The notes under the pieces were generated by a model, which did no database searches, was not told the origin of the DNA, and saw only the letters and a program-made list of their open reading frames with translations. 64,000 nucleotides of DNA from an uncultured Bdellovibrionales bacterium (lineage in GTDB: Bacteria > Patescibacteriota > Minisyncoccia > Moranbacterales > UBA1568), in contig CAZTBI010000002.1 of NCBI GenBank assembly GCA_964612055.1, forward strand, positions 80,296 to 144,295, written 5' to 3'. Position numbers and translations under genes: made by a program. Of this stretch, positions 8,098 through 18,002 are shown in pieces. The stretch's first letter is position 1. Each line of letters starts with the position of its first letter.

Positions 8098-9867
8098 CTA
8101 TTTTCCGCGACCGCCGCTTTTCTCAAGAGTTTCTTGGATACCAACATCGGAAAGGATGTCATCGTAGAGGCTTTGGAGGGATTCTTCTTTGCCGGCGCTG
8201 TTCCAAACCTCATCCATGGTGGTGATACCGTCGATGACTTTCAGTATCCCATCCTGGCTCATCGTGAGCATGCCATCTTCTATCGCTGCTTTGCGAATTT
8301 CGTTTTCGAGCGCTCCATCAGAAATAAGTCCAGCCATTTTTTCATTGACGGGAAAGACTTCAAAAATACCTTTACGGCCTCGGTAACCGTTTAAGTTACA
8401 CTCACTGCACCCCACAGGTTTGTAGAGGGTGGGGATATCATCCGGAACCTTGACTCCTGCCTTTGGCGAAATGAAAGAGAGAATTTTTTTGATAGCATCA
8501 ACGGTTTTTTGGGCCGGAGCATAGGCCACTTTGCACTTGGGGCAGAGGATGCGTACCAAGCGCTGGGCGATAAAGATAGTCACGCCCGTAGCAATGGATG
8601 ATGGTTTCGATCCGAGTTCCAGGAGACGAGCGATCGATGCGGCGGCGCTATTGGTGTGAAGAGTGGAGAAAACTAAGTGACCGGTGAGCGCTGCGTTAAT
8701 CGCGATATCAGCTGTTTCCTCATCACGAATTTCTCCCACCAAGATAACGTCAGGATCCTGACGGACGATAGCGCGCAGTCCTTGCGCGAAGGTGTAGTTT
8801 TTGTCTTTGGAGACTTCTGTCTGAACGATACCGGGAAGCACGTATTCTATCGGATCTTCGATGGTAATAATCTTGAGTGATTTATCATTCACGCTATTCA
8901 AAAGGCTGTAGAGAGTGGTCGTTTTTCCGGAACCCGTTGGTCCGGTATTTAGGATCATGCCAAAAGGCTTTTCGATTTGTCGTTTCACTTCATCGTACGC
9001 CCGACCGCGAAGCCCGAGTTCTTCGACTGGCACAAAGGCTTCTTCGCCAGTGAGGAGCCGCATGTTGATGCTTTCGCCGTTATTGCCAGGAATGATGTTG
9101 ACGCGGATATCGATGTGGTGCTCTCCGAGTTCTGCAGAAAAATGACCATCTTGAGAACGATTGCGAATATTGATTTTCATTTTCGCCATCATCTTCACTC
9201 GGGAAAGCGCTAACTGATAGACGGACTTAGGAAGGTTCCCGACTTCTTGTAAGACGCCATCAATACGGTAGCGCAGACGAACATTTTCTCCGAAAGGCTC
9301 GAAGTGGATATCGCTTGAGCGGAGTTTGTAAGCACCGGCGAGAATGATTTCCAAAATGCGGGAAGTAGGAATGCTGGAAGAATCTTTGTTCAGCTGTAAG
9401 AGGTCTCCGAAATCTTGTTCAAATTTTTCGAGGTCAGGGCCAGAAAGAGAAACGTGCATGAAGTCGAGACTTTCGATCAAAGGTTTCTTTTCGTACTCCA
9501 TCCAAACTTTTTCGAGTGATGGTTGTGAAACAAGAAAGAAGTCAGCTTCTAGGTCATGGCTCTTGGCAAAGGTATCGAAGAACTCCAGGGCCTCAGCATT
9601 CTTTGGATCAGTGATGGCGACACGGAGCTTTGGACGTTCTTTCTGAAAGATGACCGCTCCCAGGCGTTTCGAATCCTCCTCCGAGAGCATGAGCACTGCT
9701 TCTTGGTCAAGAGGGAAGATAGAAAGATCGAGGTAGCGCATGCCAAGCTCGCTTGCAGTACGAGCGGTAGTTTCTTCTATAGACTGCGAACGCATTTTAT
9801 CGAGAACGCCCTGAGTTTTTTCGTCAGAAACGGTATGCGTCGGTTCTTGATGAACAACCTTGACCAT
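8098..9867 (-). CDS. pilB: GspE/PilB-family type II/IV secretion ATPase (copy 1)
   Basis: 589 aa. N-terminal T2SSE_N-like region, Walker A GPTGSGKTTT, and a tetra-Cys motif CPKC...CSEC. Confidence 0.9.
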   Translation of the reverse strand: MVKVVHQEPTHTVSDEKTQGVLDKMRSQSIEETTARTASELGMRYLDLSIFPLDQEAVLMLSEEDSKRLGAVIFQKERPKLRVAITDPKNAEALEFFDTFAKSHDLEADFFLVSQPSLEKVWMEYEKKPLIESLDFMHVSLSGPDLEKFEQDFGDLLQLNKDSSSIPTSRILEIILAGAYKLRSSDIHFEPFGENVRLRYRIDGVLQEVGNLPKSVYQLALSRVKMMAKMKINIRNRSQDGHFSAELGEHHIDIRVNIIPGNNGESINMRLLTGEEAFVPVEELGLRGRAYDEVKRQIEKPFGMILNTGPTGSGKTTTLYSLLNSVNDKSLKIITIEDPIEYVLPGIVQTEVSKDKNYTFAQGLRAIVRQDPDVILVGEIRDEETADIAINAALTGHLVFSTLHTNSAAASIARLLELGSKPSSIATGVTIFIAQRLVRILCPKCKVAYAPAQKTVDAIKKILSFISPKAGVKVPDDIPTLYKPVGCSECNLNGYRGRKGIFEVFPVNEKMAGLISDGALENEIRKAAIEDGMLTMSQDGILKVIDGITTMDEVWNSAGKEESLQSLYDDILSDVGIQETLEKSGGRGK

Positions 9868-9924
9868 ACGAAGAGAGTAAATAGCTTAACTCTTTCTATT
9901 GTAGCGCAATTCTCGATGCGTAAG

Positions 9925-9958
9925 CAAAAAAACTGCCCAGCATCTGTGGGCAGTTTCT
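9925..9958 (-). terminator. Intrinsic terminator after the DHH gene
   Basis: On the minus strand, CTGCCCACAGATGCTGGGCAG hairpin followed by TTTTTTT. Confidence 0.55.
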
Positions 9959-9977
9959 TGGAAATCGTTTCGAAAAT

Positions 9978-11123
9978 CTACTTTGTTATCAAAAGATCTT
10001 GCAATCTGGCAATCGCCAACTGCTCAGCTTCCTCGAGGGTGTTGGCAGGAAGAGTGAATTCGAGTGTATCACCATGGAGAGCTCCTTCTTTGAAACGCTC
10101 GGCGAGGAGTGACAAGCTTTCTCCGTTTGCTGCCTTGATCAAGCCTTTTATCTGGAGGTGGCTTTCTGGGTAGAGAATCATGAAGAAGTTACCCGAAGAG
10201 TAGTTGCTGCGAATCTTTTCCAATACTCGTGGTAGATCAGGAGTGGCTGCTCTTGATTGAACCAGGTCTTCGACAGTGACGAGGGCCCAGATAAGCTTGA
10301 GACTTTCGTTCCATTTGACGCCGGCCATGACACGCCCCCAAAGTTTGAGAAGATGGAGCGGTTGGGTCTTGTAGAGCGAACGGATGATCTTTTGTTGATC
10401 GGCGCCTTTATCCATGAGCCGTGAAGCGATCTGGAGCGCTTTTGGTGTGGTATTTTTTTTCTGAAAACTCTCTGTGGCACTGATGATGCCGGCAAGCAGG
10501 CTCTCGCTCTCCTTCTCTCCCAAGCTCCCGAGAGTATTTTTTTCAAGAATCTCTGCCAAGATTTCGGCAGTGGAGGAGGCGGTGATATCAACCAAGTTTA
10601 TCTGACCAAAGAGTTCGTTGTCGGAATGGTTGTCGATATTGATGATAGGAAGCTCGTAGAAAATATCAGGATTTTCTTCATATACTTTCCCGAGGTGCTC
10701 CTTGTCTGGAGAGCCGATGACGATAGCGAGATCGAATTTGAATTTTGCCGGAATGAAAGAAAAGTCTCGTGGATCGATAGCGCCGTTTTCTGGAGTGAGG
10801 TAAATACGGAGTTCATCAGCGCCGGTCTCGGTCCGGACATTCATGATCTTGTTGCGTGTGGTACTAAACGACAAGACGAAATCTCGAGCCCCAGTAATCG
10901 ATGGCAGGAGATTTTCAGGTTCACCGATAAAGGCGAGCGTTTCTTTGTCTCCCGTAATATTTTCTCCTGCAACGAAGGCTTCTTTCCCGACATTTTTCAG
11001 GAAAAAAGCGAGTGCAAAAGCAGAGGCGACAGCATCGCGGCTCGGGAACTGAGGAAGAATAATCAATGGGGCAGTGGTCTTTTTGAGGAGTTCTTCAAAT
11101 TGCTGGGAGGGGGTGAGGGACAT
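9978..11123 (-). CDS. DHH-family phosphoesterase (NrnA-like oligoribonuclease/pAp phosphatase)
   Basis: DHH motif (NIDNHSDN) and DHHA1-like C-terminus. Start chosen at MSLTPSQ; the ORF track's 11225 start would leave only 14 bp before divergent tsaE. Confidence 0.75.
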   Translation of the reverse strand: MSLTPSQQFEELLKKTTAPLIILPQFPSRDAVASAFALAFFLKNVGKEAFVAGENITGDKETLAFIGEPENLLPSITGARDFVLSFSTTRNKIMNVRTETGADELRIYLTPENGAIDPRDFSFIPAKFKFDLAIVIGSPDKEHLGKVYEENPDIFYELPIINIDNHSDNELFGQINLVDITASSTAEILAEILEKNTLGSLGEKESESLLAGIISATESFQKKNTTPKALQIASRLMDKGADQQKIIRSLYKTQPLHLLKLWGRVMAGVKWNESLKLIWALVTVEDLVQSRAATPDLPRVLEKIRSNYSSGNFFMILYPESHLQIKGLIKAANGESLSLLAERFKEGALHGDTLEFTLPANTLEEAEQLAIARLQDLLITK

Positions 11124-11239
11124 ACTGCCTTCGTTGGTTGAAATTGATAAGTAGTCAAAGGTACCAAAGACTGGGCGTCGTGTCAACTTGAGGGCGCTTT
11201 CTGGCCAAAAGGCCTGATTTGGCATAGGATGAAATCATT

Positions 11240-11683
11240 ATGGATCAGTACTCTACGACGCATTCTGCCGAAGAAACCCGGGCTTTTGGAAAAAAGCTTG
11301 CAGGGGAAATTGTTCCTGGGACGACTCTCTGTTTACAGGGAGATTTGGGCGCGGGCAAGACGACTTTGGTACAGGGCTTGCTTGAGAGCCTTGGTGCCGA
11401 GCGGCCGTATGTCAGTCCGACATTTGTTATCATGAAGCAGTATGATCTGCCTGCGCCAAGCGCGACTGGTATACGGCGTATCTATCATGCTGATGCCTAT
11501 CGGGTAGAGGAAAAAGATTTTCGCGAGATCGGTTTTGCCGAATGGTGCGCTGACGATGAAGGCCTGGTGATTCTTGAGTGGCCGGAACGCATTTCTAATA
11601 TGCTGCCTCAAAAAAGAATCGACGTTACGCTACAATCTCTTTCTGAAACCGAGCGAGAAATTTCTCTGAAAGAAAACTCCTAA
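11240..11683 (+). CDS. tsaE: tRNA threonylcarbamoyladenosine biosynthesis ATPase TsaE
   Basis: 147 aa with P-loop GDLGAGKTT, YjeE family. Confidence 0.85.
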   Translation: MDQYSTTHSAEETRAFGKKLAGEIVPGTTLCLQGDLGAGKTTLVQGLLESLGAERPYVSPTFVIMKQYDLPAPSATGIRRIYHADAYRVEEKDFREIGFAEWCADDEGLVILEWPERISNMLPQKRIDVTLQSLSETEREISLKENS

Positions 11684-11699
11684 AGCACCCTCTTGTTCT

Positions 11700-14312
11700 A
11701 TGGAAAAGAAGAAAAAAATCTTGGTCCTCCTTGATGGGAATGCGCTCATCCACCGGGCCTATCATGCCTTGCCGCCTTTGACGACCAAAAATGGTGAAAC
11801 CGTGCAGGCGGTCTATGGCTTTACCATGACCCTTCTGTCGGTACTGGAAAAGTTTCATCCAGAATATATCGCGGCCACATTCGATTTGAAGGGGCCGACC
11901 TTTCGTGATGACATGTACGCTGACTACAAGGCGACTCGTACCGCCGCACCCGATGATCTCTATGCACAGATTCCACGGGTGAAAGAATTGGTGCAGGCTT
12001 TCAATATCCCGATTTATGAAAAGGAAGGGTATGAAGCAGATGATTGTGTCGGAACACTCGCGAGGCAAGCGGAGAAAGAAGGGGTCCAAGTGATTATTGT
12101 GACCGGTGACAGCGATGAACTACAGTTGGTCACTGAAGATGTTAAAGTCTTCATGCTCCGCAAGGGTATCAAGGATATCGCACTCTACGATGAAGAAGCG
12201 GTACAGAAAAAGTATGGCTTTAGTGCCAAGCAGATTCCGGATTACAAGGGCTTGGCTGGTGATTCATCGGATAACATCCCCGGAGTGACTGGTGTAGGCG
12301 CGAAGACAGCCACTGATCTTTTGCAGAAATTTGGAACCCTTGAGAATATTTATGAACACTTAGACGAAGTCAAAGAATCGGTGCGGAAGAAGCTGATAGC
12401 TGATAAGAAGAATGCTTTTCTTTCGAAGGAGCTTGGTACCATTCATCTTGAAGCGCCGGTACGTTTGGATTTGCTGGCCTGCGTGGCCAAGGATTATGAC
12501 AAGAGCGTGGTGACCAAGATGTTTCAGGAACTCGGGTTTTTTAGCTTGATCAAGCGTCTTTCTGGGAGCGAAGCCGTGGAGAGTAATCACAAAGAGACGA
12601 AGTCGAGGAAGATGAAGGAAAAGGAATTAAAAACGAAAGAAGAGCTTGCGACATTTTTTAAGAACATAGCCGGAAAAAAAGTAGCGCTCTCAGTCAAAAA
12701 GGAAACAGCATCGCTTTTTGGGGTCGGGCTGCAATCACTTCACATTTCTTCTTCGCCAGAAGAAAGCGTGGCGATAATTTGGAATGAGGAGAATAAGAAA
12801 AGTATCCGTACTTTTCTCGAAGATGAGCACCAGCCAAAGGTGGTCTATGATGCCAAAATGCTCATGCATCTTTTTCAGAAAGAGGGGATTGCTTTGCGAG
12901 GAGTCGTTTTCGATGTCATGCTCGCTGCCTACCTTCTCAATTCCGGGAGCAATGTAGAGCTTGATTATCTGGTCTTGGTTGAGTACAGCGAGGAACCGCC
13001 GTATTTTGAGGCGCCATATATTTTCAGACTCGAAGGTCGCTATCAGGAAAAGCTTGACGAGGTAAGTTCGACGCAGAAAAAGGGAAAGACGGTGCGTACC
13101 GTGCTGGAGGAAATTGAAATGCCACTTTTGCCGATACTCTTTGCCATGGAAGAGCGGGGCGTAATCTTGAATACCAAAAAATTCAAAACTCTCTCCGATG
13201 AACTTGGAAAAGAACTCGCTTCGTTGGAAAAGGATATCTACACGTTTTCGGGACGGGAATTCAATATTAATTCACCGAAGCAGCTGTCAGAAATTCTTTT
13301 CAAGGATTTGAACATCCCGACGACCAATATTAAAAAAACGAAGACCGGCATCTCGACCGCCTCTTCCGAATTGCAGAAGTTGCAGGAATATCCCATCGTG
13401 CAGAAGATCGAACACTACCGCGAACTGTTCAAACTAAAGACAACCTACCTTGATGCCTTGCCGACGCTCGTGGATGAACATTCGCGTCTTCACACGACCT
13501 ACTATCAGGCAGTAGCGGCGACCGGACGTCTTTCATCGTCGGATCCGAATTTGCAAAATATTCCAGCCCGCGGGGAGTGGAGCGAGCGCGTGCGCGGCGC
13601 CTTTGAACCAGAACCGGGGTATGTGTTTGTCGGGGCGGATTACTCACAGATCGAGTTACGAGTTATGGCTCATCTAAGCCAAGATAAAGAGCTTCTCATG
13701 GCCTTCAAGAATGGTGAAGATGTACATAAGGCAACGGCCTCGGTGGTTTTCAAAGTGAAGGGAGAAGAAGTGACATCTGATATGCGCCGTCAGGCCAAGG
13801 TCTTTAACTTCGGCATTCTCTACGGCATGGGAGCCTACGGATTGTCGCAAGCAGCCGAGATTGATCAAAAGACGGCCGCGGAATTCATCGTCGAATATTT
13901 CAAGAAGTTTGCTGGTGTGAAAAAATTCATCGAAGAGATGAAAGAAGGGGCGCGCAAGCATCACTATGTAGAAACTGAAGTAGGGCGCCGGCGCTACACG
14001 CCAGAAATCGAGAGTCAGAATTTTCAGGTGGCCCACGCCGCTGAACGGATGGCGATCAATATGCCGGTGCAGGGACTGGCAGCGGATATCATGAAGCTTG
14101 CCATGCTCACGGTGCAAAAATTGATCGAACATGATTTCAAGGAGAGTGTGGTGATGGTGCTGCAAGTGCACGATGAACTGATCTTTGAAGTAAAAGACGG
14201 ACAGGCGGAAAAGTTTGCCGAAGCAGTGAAGAAAGTCATGGCCGAAGCTTATCCGCTCAGCGTCCCGCTTCTTGCTGAAACTGAGATTGGGAAGAGCTGG
14301 GGAGAGATATAG
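11700..14312 (+). CDS. polA: DNA polymerase I
   Basis: 870 aa. 5' nuclease domain (LLDGNALIHRAYHAL) plus family A polymerase motifs (RRQAKVFNFGILYG, VHDELIFEV). Confidence 0.95.
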   Translation: MEKKKKILVLLDGNALIHRAYHALPPLTTKNGETVQAVYGFTMTLLSVLEKFHPEYIAATFDLKGPTFRDDMYADYKATRTAAPDDLYAQIPRVKELVQAFNIPIYEKEGYEADDCVGTLARQAEKEGVQVIIVTGDSDELQLVTEDVKVFMLRKGIKDIALYDEEAVQKKYGFSAKQIPDYKGLAGDSSDNIPGVTGVGAKTATDLLQKFGTLENIYEHLDEVKESVRKKLIADKKNAFLSKELGTIHLEAPVRLDLLACVAKDYDKSVVTKMFQELGFFSLIKRLSGSEAVESNHKETKSRKMKEKELKTKEELATFFKNIAGKKVALSVKKETASLFGVGLQSLHISSSPEESVAIIWNEENKKSIRTFLEDEHQPKVVYDAKMLMHLFQKEGIALRGVVFDVMLAAYLLNSGSNVELDYLVLVEYSEEPPYFEAPYIFRLEGRYQEKLDEVSSTQKKGKTVRTVLEEIEMPLLPILFAMEERGVILNTKKFKTLSDELGKELASLEKDIYTFSGREFNINSPKQLSEILFKDLNIPTTNIKKTKTGISTASSELQKLQEYPIVQKIEHYRELFKLKTTYLDALPTLVDEHSRLHTTYYQAVAATGRLSSSDPNLQNIPARGEWSERVRGAFEPEPGYVFVGADYSQIELRVMAHLSQDKELLMAFKNGEDVHKATASVVFKVKGEEVTSDMRRQAKVFNFGILYGMGAYGLSQAAEIDQKTAAEFIVEYFKKFAGVKKFIEEMKEGARKHHYVETEVGRRRYTPEIESQNFQVAHAAERMAINMPVQGLAADIMKLAMLTVQKLIEHDFKESVVMVLQVHDELIFEVKDGQAEKFAEAVKKVMAEAYPLSVPLLAETEIGKSWGEI

Positions 14313-14320
14313 GGAAACAA

Positions 14321-14352
14321 AAAACCGTCCGCCAGCTGGCGGACGGTTTTAC
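14321..14352. terminator. Bidirectional intrinsic terminator
   Basis: Perfect hairpin CCGTCCGCC-AGCT-GGCGGACGG flanked by A7 and T4. Confidence 0.7.
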
Positions 14353-14360
14353 TTCAGATT

Positions 14361-14651
14361 CTAATGAAGTGTTCCCCTCATAAGCTCTTGAAGTCTTTTG
14401 TGTGCTGCTTCAAGTTTCGCTTTGTAGTCAGGATCATCTCCAAGCTCTGGTTTCTGTAAGACTGCTTCAGAGAGTCTATCCAAAACACCGTCGAGATCCT
14501 CTAGTTCTGCTTCTCCAATTTGACGAACGATTTCTTGGCGCTGCACGTGTGCCGCTAGTCCTGTCGAGTTCTCGGGATCCTGCTTTTTAGGATCAAGATG
14601 AAAATTTTCTCGAGGTTGCTTCCATTCTTCGGTTGGTAGCTCCAAAGACAT
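14361..14651 (-). CDS. Hypothetical small acidic protein
   Basis: 96 aa ORF with clean terminator downstream; no recognisable domain. Confidence 0.4.
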   Translation of the reverse strand: MSLELPTEEWKQPRENFHLDPKKQDPENSTGLAAHVQRQEIVRQIGEAELEDLDGVLDRLSEAVLQKPELGDDPDYKAKLEAAHKRLQELMRGTLH

Positions 14652-14801
14652 ACTTTTTATATTACTGTTTACGTATAAAAAGAAAAAAGAACCGTGTCCA
14701 CCCGGTTCTTTTGCTTCTTTTACTCTCCTAGTATAGCAGAAAAAGAGGTGAAAGTCAATGAAAATACGCTTATGCTATGCTAGAACTATTCAAAGAGTTT
14801 T

Positions 14802-15653
14802 ATGCCAGAATTACCAGAAGTTCAAACTGTCGTATCGCAGCTCGATCGGAAAATTTCCGGGAAGGTGATTATTTCAGTATGGAGTGATTGGCAAAAAAAG
14901 ATCCTTACTCCCTTTGTTGAATTTTCGAAAAGACTCAAAGGTGCCAAAGTGCTCGGTGCGCGCCGTCTCGGGAAACATATTGTCATTGATCTCGATAATG
15001 AGTATTCCATTGTGGCGCATCTCAAGATGACAGGGCACTTTCTTGTCAAAGATAAGAGCAATCGAGAGGATCCTGCTTTCACAGAAGATCCCATTAATGG
15101 CTATATCCATCACATTGTTACTTTTACTGATGGGACGACGCTGGAATTTTCTGATATGCGAAAGTTTGGTTGGTTGCGTCTTGTGGAAACTAAAGAAGTA
15201 GAGAAGCTTAAAAGTATTGCGGAACTGGGGATTGATGCTCTATCACCCAAACTTACCTCTGTTCACTTTCGAGAATTACTTCTGAAACGAAAAAAGCGGC
15301 CAGTGGGAGGAGTATTACTTGAACAAAATCTTATTGCTGGGATCGGCAATATCTACCGGAGCGAAGCGCTCTTTTTAGCTGGGATACTCCCAACTCGGAA
15401 AATTGAGACACTCAAGAAAGAGGAGTGGCAAAAATTGCTTCCAGCCATCAAGAAAGTGCTGCGCCATGCGGTGAAGCTGCGCGGGACGAGTGACGGTGAT
15501 TTCCGTGATACCGATGGCCTCCAAGGACGCTTTAAGCGGGTACTCTATGTCTATGGCCGGACCGGAAAGCCTTGTAAGAAATGTGATACAATAATAGAGC
15601 GTAAAAAGATAGGCAGTCGGAGCATTTTCTTGTGCCCTCACTGCCAGAAGTAA
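14802..15653 (+). CDS. mutM: Formamidopyrimidine-DNA glycosylase (Fpg/MutM family)
   Basis: N-terminal MPELPEV catalytic motif, H2TH region and a C-terminal C4 zinc finger (CKKC...CPHC). Confidence 0.9.
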   Translation: MPELPEVQTVVSQLDRKISGKVIISVWSDWQKKILTPFVEFSKRLKGAKVLGARRLGKHIVIDLDNEYSIVAHLKMTGHFLVKDKSNREDPAFTEDPINGYIHHIVTFTDGTTLEFSDMRKFGWLRLVETKEVEKLKSIAELGIDALSPKLTSVHFRELLLKRKKRPVGGVLLEQNLIAGIGNIYRSEALFLAGILPTRKIETLKKEEWQKLLPAIKKVLRHAVKLRGTSDGDFRDTDGLQGRFKRVLYVYGRTGKPCKKCDTIIERKKIGSRSIFLCPHCQK

Positions 15654-15671
15654 TTTGTTGAATTTTGATGT

Positions 15672-16868
15672 ATGAGTTCGAAACAAAAGCTGGTTATTTT
15701 TCTTGTTGCTGTGGTGCTGACAGGAATTATTGGGTACTTTGTTTTTGGTAATAAAGAGGCGCGCAAGCCGATCGAGCTCAATGGGAAGAACCAATCACTC
15801 CCTGGTACGATCTCAAGTGGCCCAGCCAATACCGGTCCAGTGGGTGCTATCAGTGGTGTCTCCTGTGAAAATTGGAACCGCCGCCCAGTCGCTGTCATGC
15901 AGCCAGTTGATGCTCAGGCGCGTCCAGTCGCTGGTTTTTCTCAGGCCGACATGGTGTTTGAGATGCCTAACCCTGCCGCTGGTATTTTCGTGACCCGTCT
16001 CATGGGTATCTATCAGTGTGGAAGTCCGGAAGAAATTGGATCCATTCGCAGTGCTCGTCATGACTACATCAGCGTAGCCAAGGGCCTGGATGCGATCTTT
16101 GTCGGATGGGGAGGTTCTGCCTTCGCTTTGAAGAAGCTCGATGATGGCATAATCGATAACCTCGACTGTAACGATCAGGGCGGTCATAGCGGCAGCAAGT
16201 ATTGTTTCCGCAAAGAACGCACTGGACTGATGCGTATCGAAGACACCGGCTATATCAAGTTTGCAAAAATTTTGGAAGCCGCCAAAGACTTCGGGTATCG
16301 TACCGAAAGTAAGTTTGCTGGTTATCCGCACCAGGAGGACAAGCCGCTCGATCAGCGTCCTAATGGTGGGCACCTCCGTATCGGCTACCCAGGGATTATG
16401 GAGGCAGAGTATGACTATGATCGTGACAGCAACAGCTACAAGCGTACCTGGGGAAGTGTTCCAGATACTGATCGTACTACCAAAGAGCGCCTGGCTCCGA
16501 AAAATATCGTCGTAGCCATTGCCGAAAACGAACAGATCTTGGCTGAAGTTGATTACAAAGGGCGGGGCGTGCAAGATCCATGGGAGGGTCTGGAGGATTG
16601 GGAAAAGGTTGGGCCAAGAAACATTTCTGGTCGCTACAATAACCTTCAGTTCGGTGATCCATGGTTTGATACCAAGGACAGCGGTAGCGCCTACTTCTAT
16701 ATGAATGGCGAGCAGAAACAAGGGATGTGGCGCAAGGATAAGTCGAGCGCCGAGAGCAAACTTGCCTTCTTCGATGAGGCGAATAACGAAATCAAGTTTG
16801 TGCCTGGTCAGATCTGGGTAGAAGTCATGGTTCCTGGCCAGAAGTTTGAATGGACCCCGGCGCAATAG
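15672..16868 (+). CDS. DUF3048-domain protein (YerB-like), membrane-anchored/secreted
   Basis: N-terminal TM helix. RPVAVMQPVDAQARPVAGFSQADMVFEMP matches the DUF3048 N-terminal signature. Confidence 0.65.
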   Translation: MSSKQKLVIFLVAVVLTGIIGYFVFGNKEARKPIELNGKNQSLPGTISSGPANTGPVGAISGVSCENWNRRPVAVMQPVDAQARPVAGFSQADMVFEMPNPAAGIFVTRLMGIYQCGSPEEIGSIRSARHDYISVAKGLDAIFVGWGGSAFALKKLDDGIIDNLDCNDQGGHSGSKYCFRKERTGLMRIEDTGYIKFAKILEAAKDFGYRTESKFAGYPHQEDKPLDQRPNGGHLRIGYPGIMEAEYDYDRDSNSYKRTWGSVPDTDRTTKERLAPKNIVVAIAENEQILAEVDYKGRGVQDPWEGLEDWEKVGPRNISGRYNNLQFGDPWFDTKDSGSAYFYMNGEQKQGMWRKDKSSAESKLAFFDEANNEIKFVPGQIWVEVMVPGQKFEWTPAQ

Positions 16869-16889
16869 GATTTTCCCATAGAAAAAGCA

Positions 16890-16915
16890 AAAACGGACTC
16901 CCAGTCCGTTTTTTG
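16890..16915 (+). terminator. Intrinsic terminator
   Basis: CGGACTCCCAGTCCG hairpin followed by T6. Confidence 0.6.
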
Positions 16916-16947
16916 TTATACTAGAACTATTCTAGAAATATGAAAGT

Positions 16948-17913
16948 ATGATTCTCTTTCTCCACGGCGAAGATGATTTCCTGATCGGGCGACGCAAACG
17001 CGCGCTTGTTTCAGCTTTTATCAAAAAATACCAAAACGCCGAAGTCTTCACTTTTGATTTTGAGGACCAGGGAACCGCTCAAGATGTGGCGCGGGCGCTC
17101 GCGTCATGCGAGGGCGGGTTGTTTGCCAATGAAAAAATAGTGGTTTTTCTTCACCCCTTTTCACTTGGGGAAGTAGGGGAGAAATTGCTCATTAATTTTC
17201 TCAAAGAACAGGCAGCGGCAATACCAGAACGAACTATCCTCCTCTTTGTGCAGAGTGGCAAGATAAAGAAAACGCATCCAGTGACGAAAGTTCTTCTCTC
17301 AAAAATGGACAAAGAAGAGGTCTACGATATTCTCGACGAACGAGCGCTTCGCACTTTGATCACCAAAGAACTCGCTCTGTTAAACGAAAAAGTTTCTTTT
17401 GAAGCAAACGCACTGCCTCTTTTTCTGACACTGACCGGAGGGAATACAGCCCGCATGATGACTGAGCTTGAGAAGTTAGCGACGTTTAAAAATGAAGGCG
17501 TGATTACAGTAGAGGATATCGAGACACTGTGTGTGTTACCAGGAGAAAATAATATTTGGCATGCTCTTGATACCCTCGGTCGGGGTGATCGTAAACAAGC
17601 GACCCTTCTTTTTCGGAGAGAAACGGAAAAAGGAGAGGGCGTGTATCCGGTTCTTGCCATGTGCGCTTGGCAGGTGCGACGACTCCTTCTCATCCGCGAA
17701 GCCTTTGATCGTGGCATCAGACGTCCCTCTGATATCGCTTCCGCGACCAAGCTCCCGCCTTTTACGGTGCAGAAAGCCATGGCAACGATAGAAGTCCTTT
17801 CTCTTCCACGACTGAAGCATGGTCTCACGCTCCTTTCTGATATCGATACCGCTCTCAAGCAAGGCAAGGCCGACCCAGAAACTTCCCTCGATCTCTTCGT
17901 ATGGAAGTTTTAA
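16948..17913 (+). CDS. holA: DNA polymerase III delta subunit
   Basis: 321 aa with HolA-like N-terminal clamp-loader fold (MILFLHGEDDFLI) and delta C-terminal domain. Confidence 0.7.
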   Translation: MILFLHGEDDFLIGRRKRALVSAFIKKYQNAEVFTFDFEDQGTAQDVARALASCEGGLFANEKIVVFLHPFSLGEVGEKLLINFLKEQAAAIPERTILLFVQSGKIKKTHPVTKVLLSKMDKEEVYDILDERALRTLITKELALLNEKVSFEANALPLFLTLTGGNTARMMTELEKLATFKNEGVITVEDIETLCVLPGENNIWHALDTLGRGDRKQATLLFRRETEKGEGVYPVLAMCAWQVRRLLLIREAFDRGIRRPSDIASATKLPPFTVQKAMATIEVLSLPRLKHGLTLLSDIDTALKQGKADPETSLDLFVWKF

Positions 17914-18002
17914 GTGGGTGTTGGGTGGAGAATTTAAAAAAGGCTTAAAAAAGCAATTTTTTATTATCCTGAGTGAGGGTTAGAACCTGATATACTATTT
18001 GT

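Noticed and set aside
15813-16865. 350-aa minus-strand ORF covering the DUF3048 gene
   Set aside because: The + strand ORF carries the recognisable DUF3048 signature, an N-terminal TM helix and a downstream terminator. The antisense ORF has no start context or features.
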